Shown: in pieces, positions 37,025 through 48,353 of the stretch | Position numbering within the stretch: position 1 is the first letter of the stretch | Layout: each line of letters begins with the position of its first letter | Assembly (NCBI GenBank): GCA_032718475.1 | Contig: JAUCBJ010006803.1 | Span: 824 to 64,823, forward strand | Reading direction: 5' to 3' | DNA from: Nemertoderma westbladi | Taxonomy: Eukaryota; Animalia; Xenacoelomorpha | DNA: 64,000 bases | The notes under the pieces: generated by a model | What the model was told of the DNA's origin: nothing | The model's database searches: none | The model's input: the letters and a program-made list of their open reading frames with translations, nothing else | Program-made: the position numbers and the translations under genes

Positions 37025-40000
37025 ATGTCTGATACTAAGCAGAACCTGTCAGACAGTTTATTAGATGTAACTATCTGCGACTCAGATAAGGGTGTAGAAC
37101 CGTCTACACCTAAGTTCAGTTCACCTCCCACTGTGAGGAAGGTCATCCCTCCAGTAGTAATAACAGAACCTAGGCTGGTCCAACATCGTAGGTCTATCAT
37201 AGGCACTCGAGCTCAGGTCAAGCGGGACCAAGAAGCAGCGGAACAGCAACAACCCGCGAGCCAAGAACTTATTTCTCAGCGGCCCGACAGCTCCAGTAGT
37301 GAGGATACTGTAGAGCTGACACCCGAGCGCGGAGCAAAGATGACGGATGCGGTTTATTCGGATCCCCTTCTCATCCTGCCTGCAGCCGTACTCACTAGGA
37401 TATTGATCGCGGTGGAAGAACACCAGATCGATTGGGCGAGAAGTCAGCGATCAACTAAAGATAGTTATGCGGGATACACAAGGGAAGAACTGAAGTCTAT
37501 TGTCGAGTCGCAATGGAACTTCCCCGGACCCGGACTCCCGTTTGATTTATCAGAAGCTGCCTGGGAAGACATACACCGGATGGGAGTAACCAAGGAAACC
37601 ATCGATCCAGCTGTGTGGAAGAGGTCCGCAGCCGGATACGCACAGGGATTCTTCAGCTCTATGGAGCGACTAAAAGAACAACTGTTTCAACAACCACAAG
37701 GACCTCAAGAGCAGGGACAACTGCTTTATCAAGTTAGAGAAAGAATTCTGCGAATCAGGCTAATCTTATCGGCCTTTGAAGAGGCTTCTAAAAGAAGACA
37801 AGACACGTCGTTGCAAGTTGCCGTAAAGACTTGGTTTCAGCGGGTGAGTCTCCAGGTTCAAGGAACAGCTCAGTGGAAAGCTCAGCTGGAGGAGCGCTCA
37901 ACCCATGGAGAATCAACAGACGCTACTTTTTCCCAAGTGGAAAGTGAAGCGACGGCAGAGAAACCGCATAAGAGGGATGCCATTGACATCTATCTGTCAG
38001 ACTATCAGCGTTTTTTAGGAGATGAAGAGTTGAGGAGAAGGTTAGATGGACTTAGCCCTAATAGTGAAGGAGCCCAGCGTGTGTTGGACGCAATTGATGT
38101 GGATAGGATAGCTGCGAACCAAGCTAAATTTGATGAAAGTATCCGCATCGCTAAGGTTCAAGAAGAACAAGTAAAGAAAAAACGTATAGAAGATAGAAAG
38201 ACAGCAGCAGCGGCAGTGGCAGCGGCAGAAGCGGAAAGAAAAGCGGCAGAAGTGGATAGAAAAGCGGCAGAGGCAGCGGCAGAGGCAAAAGCGGCAGCGG
38301 CAGAGGCAAAAGCGGCAGCTGCAGCGGCCGAAGCGGAAAGAAAAGCGGCAGCAGCAGAAGCGGAAAGAAAGGCGGCCGAAGCGGAAAGAAAAATAGCAGT
38401 GGCAGAAGCAGAACGGAGGGCATCTGAAGAGACAACCCAACTAGAGTTGGAAAATCTTCAAGAGAGACAAGACAACTTTAATAAACAGTTAACAGCTAGT
38501 AATATGCAGATGATGAATCGATCTACTCCCAAAAGACAAGGTTATACATCATCTGAGGAAGGCGATACCACCGACACTGAAGGCGGAGGAAATCGATCTC
38601 GCCTAAGCAGACGTAAAAGAATGTCCCACCAGTCAGAAATTGCCTGATTTGCCTCCAGCTGTTAGAAGGCAACTAAATAACACCAACTTAGGTAGTACAG
38701 AACCCACAGACCAAATAATTACAATAGAAAGACTCCCTACTATAGTAGATGAGCCTGAAATAATTAGGCCTGTTCTTGAAATCACCCCTTCGGTGATAGA
38801 GACACCTGTGCTCCCTGAACCTACCTCTAAATTCCCTCTGCACAGCACTAAGCTACCTGTGCCCAGTAGAACAGCCCATGAGACAGTTCAGGTCCTGGAC
38901 TCCGAGCGAAATATTCATGATTTGTCGCCCGTTGTCCCTCGTCCGCCCGCTACAACGTTGGCGAATCCCGCTTCGGCGGTCGAATGGGTGGATGAGGGAC
39001 GACGGGGGATGGATCTCCTGCTCGGACAGATGCAGGAGACCGTTCAGCAATTCAAGGGCACAGTAAGGGAAAGTAGGTTAGAGTTGCAAGAAGTGCAGCA
39101 AAGTATCGCGCTAGAACGCGATAAATTAGTAAATACACAAAGGGGTATACCACCACCCCCTGTAACAATGTGTCAACCTGTTAGGTCTGAAGTATCTCAT
39201 GCGCAAGGTGTGGAGCCTACACGCATCTATACTGCTAGCGAAGTAGAAACTCCTATAGTGAACCCTATTAAGGGTAATTATAGACCTGTTGATAATGACA
39301 TTCCCTATAGACCTGATCATAATCCGAGAAATTTATATACCGATAACTCGATATTAAATAACACGATGGCCCAAGAAAGTTTTACGCGCCAAATGGCTAG
39401 AACCGAAGCCCGCCAAGCGGTAAAGGTGGGAGAGATCGTCAAGTTCAATGGAGATGAGATGAAATGGTTACCTTTTAATGAATATTACAAAGATAACATA
39501 CAGAACTCTGTGCTATCTAATGGAGAGAAACTTAGATTCCTCATCGAGTGCTTGGAAGGATCTCCCAAGTTAATGGCGTTAAAGTTTATTGGACATCCAG
39601 ATGGATTAAGACAAGTTTGGGATACACTAAACATCAGGTATGGTAATAGGAATAACATAGCTAGGTATTTGTATGCAAAATTAATGGCGCCCCGAAAGTT
39701 TCTTAGCAGCGGGATTATAGAGTTTTCCGATGAGATTCAGGAGATCTGTAGACAATTAGATTGGCTAGGTAAGTCTCATGAATACCAGAATTCTATGGTT
39801 GTAGGAGCCTTAGCATCTACTTTGCCCAAGGGTGGAGTAGGTACACGCTGGGACAAGAAAGTGTTATATATGATGGAACAACAACAACGAGACTCTACCA
39901 TGGCTGATCTCATGTCCTTCTTAGATAGTGAAGTAAAATTACAGCTCCTAAAGCAGTCCAGAGAGAAGACATCGGAAAACAAGGTAAGTGAGAAACCCGT

Positions 40001-41704
40001 TTCTAGGAGAAGGGTAACACCAGTGTGTTATACTGACGACGGCGAAAGCCAAGTCTTCTCAGGAAGAGGACAGCGGGAAAGACACTGCAAAGATCTTACT
40101 ATGACAATAAAATCCTAAAGGACGTAAGTAAATTCAAGTCTCGAACCAATGACAGGAGAGAACAGGTAAGAAAAACTCCTCCTACGTCTCCTAAGAGAAT
40201 TCATGTAAGAAATCCCGAGGAAAGAACGAACGTGCACCACACAGCACATGTTAAAGTAAGTAACATCAAGCCCAAATGTGTGCTGTGCGACGGGCCCCAC
40301 CGTTTAAATGCGTGTGATGAATTCCTGAGGAAATCACTAAAGGATAGACGTGAAGTCATGTGGGATAAGCGGTTGTGTTATAATTGCCTCAGACGAGGAC
40401 ACCAACGGCGAACCTGTTACTCCGACGCAAGGTGTGCAAAGTGCGGTGCGAAACATCATATCTTGTTGCACACTGAATTCGAGCGAAATAGTCCGAGTCA
40501 GGTGAGTGATTCCGAACTACATGTCCAATTCAGTGATGTGAACGACACTGATCAATCTGAGATGGAAGGATTCTATACGGACGAGTTCTCCGACGAAAAC
40601 GAATCCTGTTACATGATAAATACCGCAGTGTATCGAGCACTCACTTATGAAAAAGATACAGAAAGTGACCTCACTCTAACTACTTCTGATCGACAACCAT
40701 CTTGGAAAGCGCCAACTTCCAATGTAGGGATTAGAGAATTTCCTGTGGTACAGATAAGGGTCCACGGACCAAAAAGGAGTTATGTAGTGAACGCCCTCCT
40801 TGACTCCGGTAGTACAGGAACATTCATCGACAAAGAGCTAGCCGAAGACATATTTGCTGGACAACCCAAGTTCCGAACTAAGCTAAACATGTCAGGAATT
40901 ATGCAGGTTTGGAAATCTACAGTAACAGCGGATTATTATGTAGGTGCGTTGTCCACCCCCCAGGACGAACTAGGAGAACATAGCATAAGGTCAGTGAAAA
41001 TGGTGGCAATAAAGAACTTCGCTACCACCCAAGTGGAACCTTATAACTGGGATGAGGACGATTTCACCCAGCAGTTTGAAATACCTAGATTCAACACCGA
41101 TTACCCTGGAGTCCAAATACTCATCGGTCAAAATGCGCATGAAGCGCTCGAGACATTGGAGAAACGGCCTGCTCAACCGCAACCTCTACAAGTTTATGCG
41201 GGAAGAACTAGAGTAGGTTGGTACTTTACTGGCCCTTCTCGTAGAACTCTTATGGAAAGATTACCAAAAGAACAGGTATATCAATTAAGTGAACGGGAAG
41301 TGGAGAGCAGTGAAGTTTACGACCCAACTGAGGGAACACCATACTCCTCAGATAATGACGACATCAACTCCAATGAAGATCAATGGAGACATTGCCCCGA
41401 GACGATCAATCTAGCCGACATCGCTTCCAGAGGAGCAACTCCTCAAGAACTTACAGATACTCCAAACCGGTTAGGTGGACCCGACTTCCTAAGTAAAGAA
41501 GATGAATGGCCTCCTCAGCTTACCCCGGTGAAGATTAGACAGGCCAAGGGAGCGGAGAAAGTAACACAACCACTCAATCGCCCAGCTGGTCGTTTATGTT
41601 TACCGGAAAGAGACCAAAAACTGTCCGGAAACTATGGAAGGCAAGATACTCTTCCCACGACCACCTCCCTAATCCAACAAATATCTAGGGACTCCATAAC
41701 GTAA
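37025..41704 (+). pseudogene. Frameshifted Gag-protease of copy B
   Basis: Collinear with the 1705-aa ORF of copy A; frameshifts near 38630 and 40050-40115; same missing pol. Confidence 0.9.
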
Positions 41705-43332
41705 CAACATACGGAGTGGGTGTGTGACTATATTATTTTATATTTATTTTTATTATTTTATATTATGTATGTATTATTATGTAATTTTATTATAATCGTT
41801 TTCTTTAATTTTATTTAGTAGAATGTTATTTACTGATTATTTAGTAGATCAGTGCAATATATTAGTGTTTATTACTTAATTACTTATATATTATATTTAG
41901 TGCGACGGCGAGAAATAATTCTTTTTCTCTTTCCTTGCTGCCCGTATTACATTACGAATACGTAACTACAGTAAGATGAAATGTCCGTACTTATTAAAGT
42001 ACAATAAAGCCACTACTATATTCAAGTATTATTGGTAGGCAGAGTATTAGGAATGCAAAGTTCAGATCCTCGTGTCTCGGCTAAACCAAGCTCTGGGTAG
42101 ACCTTGGAAACGACTTGCCTCTTCTCACTGACATTGCTTCGTGCGATATTGCTCTCATACCGTATATTAAATAATACATATAGTAGCGTGATGTCCCTTT
42201 AACAGTAGCGTATAACGCAAAATAAATCTGTTAAACCCTTTGACCATCTGCAATTCTAGTCGATTAAGATATCGCGGCACCCACCGATATACTTGAAAGA
42301 CAAAATTCTAGAATCAGTGGTTAACGTCCCCAGACAAGTTCTGAAATAAACTGGTGCCCATCCTAAATATTAATTATTAATATTTACAAAATCTGTCAAA
42401 TTTTAGATCCTTTAACATTCTAGTCGATTAAGATATCGTAGCATTTACCGATACTCTTAAAAAGACAAATTCATAGAATCAAGGATCATATGTCCCCAGA
42501 TATGCTCTGGAATAAAATTGTGTCTATTTAACATTAAATAATAAAATTTCAGGGAATAAATTTAAATTCATACTTTAATGAATTTAATAAATTGCAATTT
42601 TATACAATTTATAACATTCCCAAAATTCCATTAATTAATAGATCATGGGAGCGGAGATTCACTATATTAAGTGTATTTGTGTGTGAGAATCTCCAATGTA
42701 TAGTCAATAGCCGATAAAATTCATAAAATCATATATAGAGAGGATATTGACAATTAAAGAATTACCATTAAATAGCATCCCAGATCTGTATGCATGAGAA
42801 TTACCCTAATTCTACCGCTAGCTTTCCATAATGTCACCATGGCAACAACCACGCTAGAATTAGAAGTGAGTTAAAAGAACAATAGAAGGCATGCCCCATT
42901 GAATAGCATAGGGAATAAATAGCGCACTGCTAGTATCCAAGGATACATAATAAATACAGTGACATTCTGGAAGGTACTGACTAACGGACAAATGGCCCGA
43001 ATGTGTGCAGTTTGTTGCAGTTGTGTTGAATTTGTGCGTTTGTAGGTGAATGTTACTACTAAGGTGTGTTTACAGTAGCGAGTCGCAATTGTGAAAGTAA
43101 CCCTAACTCTCCAAGAAGAACCTGCAGTACATCTAAGCCTTTGGGACGGACAGTGAAGTGACTTGTGCCGGTTATCGTTGTCGTTGTGTAGCTACATCGT
43201 TGGCGAAAGCACAGCGACGGTACATCGGCACTGAGGATCTTACACTGTCCGGGGGCAAAAGAGGGGTAGGCAGCGACGCCCGCTAGCCTAATATATATAA
43301 ACTCATTATAATATTGATAAACTCATAGCAGA

Positions 43333-44860
43333 TATGACTGAATTGATAGAAGATGATCTTGGTATCAGGGAGCGATATACTCTACCTTTACAAGCGTTTG
43401 TCGATAGCTTGATACGCGGCGACGTTGGTCCAACTACTACGGAGGACGATGGTCGTTATATCTAACCGCCAATGTCCCGGGAGCAACTTGCGCGTGGGTT
43501 AGACTGTAGAAAATTCACCGCTCGCTATACGCATCGTAATGGTACGTATATGGACTTCTTAACTACTGGTCATCCTATCGACCTACACGATACGAACGAT
43601 ATAGACACCAAAGGGAAATGGTTTATTTAAATATCATACCCAGCGGAAGCGGAACGATAAACTGAGACTCGAACACGAAAATTCTATTCGAAACCGACTC
43701 GAAAGTGCAGATGTCGAAGAGCCGGATAAACGCAGCGACTCCACCAAATACCTGGAATTCTTGAGAGAAACCTATCTCGATATTACCAGTCAACAGAATC
43801 TAGAAACTCGATATCCTCAAGGTATACCTCATGACCGCATGGTGGAACTCAAACGGCTCTATTCCACTATGATGTATCTTACCGCCGATCGATCGCTACC
43901 TGTTGTACCGGATAGTTTCGAACGGATGGAGGAATATTGTAAGCTGGAGAAAGATCACTCGCATTTCCCCTACAAGACGTGCGTTTTTTGGTATTATTGC
44001 GATGAATGCCCAAGACCCAACCAACGAACGGAAAGACATAAACATCCGCGGAGACATTGCTTTAAACACGGTTTTACTCGCTATATTTACGGGAGTTTCG
44101 AACGAAACTTGTTTGATGTATCACCTACGCTCGTTCGACTCAGACGATCCTTAAATAAACCAATGATCAGAGTTTCGGAATACTCGATCAGACCTCCTCA
44201 TTCCCTAGTGAGACTCTTGATCCTATTAGTATGACGGATCCTCCTGAGCTGTACTCACTGCTCAAAGATCTAGTGTTACCTGAACAATTAGTCGGTGGCA
44301 CCCCGGTTGTGGGCTTCCTAGATATTAGCCCATCCTACCTAGCCGGATTGGGACGCGGACATTTAATATCGCTGTTTAACCCTTACCATCGTCCCGGCTT
44401 AACACGATATAACCTGTCACCAAAGTGGCGGAGAGCGTTGTACCAAATGAGTTAGACGCTATTCTACAAAGATCAGAAAGGGAACTTACGCTTGTTCAGA
44501 TAAACGTAAATTGCACTAGCAAGTCCAAGCGGTAAACAAAGTAACTATATCTCAGTTCGATCGGGAAATCCAGAATCTCTAAGAAGTTATCGAACTTGGA
44601 CGATCCTATTCTCTGCGAGAGTTTTTGGATGAACGTATCCAGCTACGAGCGGAGGAAAATCAGCTCGAGGAGAAGCATATCGAAACGGCAGATACCTCGA
44701 CCATAATCCTACATCTTCTGATGCAATCATATTGCACCCTTCACCCAGGAGTTATGGCCCTCCTAGTAAAGTGGCTCCCCCCAAAGAGAAAAGGACTCTT
44801 GCTAACCTCAAAAAACTGCGTAAACGCCGTCTGCGTAAGAAAGACTAACTGTTTAGAGTA
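43333..44860 (+). pseudogene. Decayed 3' accessory ORF (ORF2) of copy B, unknown function
   Basis: MTELIEDDLGIRERYTL... CVFWYYCDECPRP...HKHPRRHCFKH ... DERIQLRAEENQLEEK, with stops and frameshifts. Confidence 0.6.
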
Positions 44861-44926
44861 TCTTTATATTTTAGAAACTGTGATTTGTTATATTTTATAG
44901 ACTTAAATCCCATTTTCTGGGAGCGG

Positions 44927-46123
44927 TGTAAAAGCTTTTGCGTAATTAACCGGTTATTTTCCCGTAAAGTACTCTGTAGTTGGTTTACCAGGCATAAAAA
45001 GGCCGTGTCCTTACTGTATTGGTGTTTTAGAGGACATAAAAGTCATTTCTTCTGTATGTGTACTTTAGAGGACATAATCCGCAATTTCGTGACGCAATAA
45101 GCTGGATACTCTTGAAAACAGTGTCGCTACCATGACGACGGCTAACAGCTGATATTGCCACGTCGAACATTTCTTTGTTCTTTGTTCTCGCTTTGTATGG
45201 TCGACCAATCAGAGCGTTTTTTGTCTCTGTGATAGGAGGTTGGATACAGAAACTCAGGAATTCAGTGTTATGTTTTTGCCCAGAGCCTAAGAACACCGGC
45301 TTTTGGCACCTCCGTGTTTCAGTCTTTAGCTTAACATTAGTAGGCTTAATTATAGAACGTATATCTGTTATCGAGTTATCTTATCATATCTATCCATAAA
45401 TTACTAATCTTACGAGTTACCGAGTTAACTCACTCACTTAATAATCATTTATACCTTATCTTTACTGCTTTTGCTGTCGGTTGTTCATTATATTTGTTGA
45501 TGAAATATTATATCGGAATACTGATCAATAGTCAGACACCCCAATCTTCTTGATATACTAAAGGTTAGAGAGACCGGTTACATATAAACGATTGCGACCT
45601 ATGTTAAGTGGTTTGAAGTGAATCTAATGCTATTTCATAGGCCCGACATAAATTGTATGTTGCTCTCTTTATACGTGACTAAATTTAGTGAAGGTCGGCA
45701 GATTAGTGTGCAGTATTGTGCAGCATTGTGTATGATTGTAACTGATAACAAAGCATCTCCTAAAGAATGCGCCATATACGTGAATCTATAGCCTTTTCGT
45801 TGTGTCTAGTTTAAGTCATAACTCTGTTTACATATTTAGAGCGCCACGTCCTAAAGGAACTGTTAATATTTCCCGAAAGTGAATAATATTTGTCAGAGAT
45901 TATATATTACGATCAGTCGAATAATACAGTAGGCTTACACCATCAATCATTAAGCTTCCGAATTCAGTCTCCCGGGTATATCCAGCGGGTGAATGATTGC
46001 GCATAGACTGGCTTCGGCTAATGTAGTGTATCAAATACTCGTCATAGGCTAAAGACTATATATCATCTAAAAGACATCCTAATTTGGCAGGTTAAACTGT
46101 CAAAGGTCTTAAAAGCGCAAACA
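44927..46123 (+). repeat. 3' LTR of copy B (1197 bp)
   Basis: TGTAAAAG...GCGCAAACA; preceded by PPT-like GGGAGCGG. Confidence 0.93.
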
Positions 46124-47590
46124 CAGCAGTCATCCTACATAGCATCTCTGCAAACAAAGTCCAATTTTGGAATGTATGAATAAATTTCTGCAAAATCATG
46201 GCAGCATGGTAGGAATAATGAATTTGGCACAAAAAAACATATATTTATTGAAAAATGATAGAATTTATGATGGAAATATATTTGCAGGACTTTAAAATAT
46301 TTTTTTTTTAATTTAGAAAAGTCCAATTTTGGAGTGTATTCCGATTTTGGAATCTACCCTCGCACAAAGTTCCAAAATTTGAATAATTCCAAAATCGCCT
46401 ATAATTATACTATATTACTGTATAATAATAATAAAATCTTCCCACTTTAACATATTAACATTTAACACAGTTTAGTTTAGTTGGTGCCTGGCTGGCTGGG
46501 TCCGACGAATTTGTACAAAAAAATACAAAATAGTAGGGCCTGCAATATAGTACAAAAGAGTACAATAAATTACAAAAGAGTGCAAAAATAGTACAATGGA
46601 GTACAAACGAGTGAGAAACGGTACAAGTGTAGTTCAAATCGTGTAGAGGGGCGCACATGATGTGCAAAATAAAACAATGCATTGTGGCTGTGTGGGGCGA
46701 GCCACGCATTGAGCGGGGCGCTAATCTAGCAGTCAGAAAGTATGACAATAATACAATCTTTTGAGTTTAATGCCGCTTTTTGTGTTCGAAAAACACATAA
46801 ACTGTCCCAAGCTGCAAGCTGCCAAGCATGCAGAATTGCAGAAGGCAGGAGAACTCAATAAAATTGCTAGATAGAATAGAGAGAGGCATACATTACATTA
46901 CATACCGACTATACCGTACATAGCCTACATAACGTACCGGTAGTCTATACGTAGCATACTGCATCCTACATACTGCTGTACTGGCATACAGTCTATCCTT
47001 CAGTATATTGGCTACTTTAAGACTATGACAGTATGACGTAAATTTCTGATTTTTGAGTCTCAGTTATACGAGTTTATATTTACCCACTGCATAGTACTGT
47101 AGTATCAGAGTATGTACCATATTGCATTATATTGTAGTATACGAACAGTAGCCTACTAACTTTTACTGTATGCCAGTCAAAATCCACATATGAATCAAAG
47201 TTCTATCAATCATTTCATACTTGACCAATGCCGCTATTCAGCTATTGACACTGTACAGCTGTAGCGGCGCATATTTCTGTATTTCGGCGCCGTTGCATTT
47301 GCTTACAATTAATTATATTTGTATAAAAGTGAAGTGCATGTAGTGTATACTGGTATAACTGTATACTACACCTGTACACTTATTATAGGAAGGCATGAAG
47401 GGATCTAGGCTGCTAGGGGTCTTCTTAACCTCGAATGATAAGTTTATTTTACCGAAAATAACTTATCTTTTATTGGCGCAATTGTAGGACTAATCCCATC
47501 ACATGCGTACTTTTTAACCGGGCTGCCGGGTAATGTACAAATTTAGGAATCGCGTAATTTTCTTAAAATTAATATCTCATATCTCTCCAA

Positions 47591-47633
47591 ACCACGTACG
47601 CGTTTCGACCTTACTGGGTCTCATCAGCGTGGT
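47591..47633 (-). ncRNA. Minimal type I hammerhead ribozyme
   Basis: ACCACG-CUGAUGA-GACC(CAGUAA)GGUC-GAAA-CGCGUA-CGUGGU: intact core, 6-bp helix I, 4-bp helix II, palindromic minimal helix III. Confidence 0.88.
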
Positions 47634-47705
47634 GTCGGATTCGAACCTGGGACCTCTGGACCTCGAGGTGGAAGCAGAGACTACAACCACTAGGTGCTAG
47701 GCTAC
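47634..47705 (-). promoter_or_regulatory. tRNA-like Pol III internal promoter directly 5' of the ribozyme
   Basis: A-box-like TAGCACCTAGTGG; B box GGTTCGAATCC. Confidence 0.65.
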
Positions 47706-48353
47706 AGATTCTTGAGATATGGAGTATTAACTTCAAACTGTCAAAGCCAGCTGCCATTATCAGATTATATTAGCCCCTGACAGCCTGATTTTTGATTATT
47801 GATAGTAACAATGTGTTGGCAAGCTGCAGAGCTGTAGTTTTCGAGGTGTTTGTTATTATACATTTATAATGTATATAATACATCTTAATATATAATGCAG
47901 CTTGCCAACACATTGTATACTACACTGGTATACAATACACGTTTTGTATGCGTTTCTCGCTAGTTTGTACTATTTTTGCACTCTTTTGTACTATTTTTCA
48001 CTTTATTGTACTCTTTGGTAGGCCTACTCTTTCTGTCTTTTGTACTATATCTGTATACAGGTATAGGCCTTTTGTACTATTTTGTCAGTCGTCGTCGGAC
48101 CGGGCTGGCTGGAGGGACAAACTACAAACACGACATTCTCTAAAAGATTTCCGGTTGAAAAATCTGACCACCTACAAACTGCAGAACTGAATTTAATTAT
48201 TTATTTTAGGCCTATTAAATGTATTTATTAGGCCTATCCTGCTATCTGATTATTTTATTTAGTAATTATGCCTACTGAATTGAATTAGGCTCAGAAGAGT
48301 CAGAGAGTACCTACTGGAGTATAACTATTCTGCTATTGAATAATTAAATTAGT

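Larger units (their letters stand above)
20862..46123 (+). mobile_element. BEL/Pao-type non-autonomous LTR retrotransposon, copy B (outer)
   Basis: TG...CA ends, TSD CAGCA (20857-20861 and 46124-46128), near-identical LTRs, BEL-type gag-pro. Confidence 0.93.
46498..48102. mobile_element. Non-autonomous DNA transposon with long degenerate TIRs
   Basis: GGTCCGACGA...TCGTCGGACC ends, GTACAAAA / TTTTGTAC subterminal repeats, direct repeat GGCTGGCT on both flanks (46490-46497, 48103-48110). Confidence 0.75.

Noticed and set aside
47634-47705. Vault or telomerase RNA gene next to TEP1
   Set aside because: B box runs straight into a hammerhead inside a transposon; better explained as mobile RNA.
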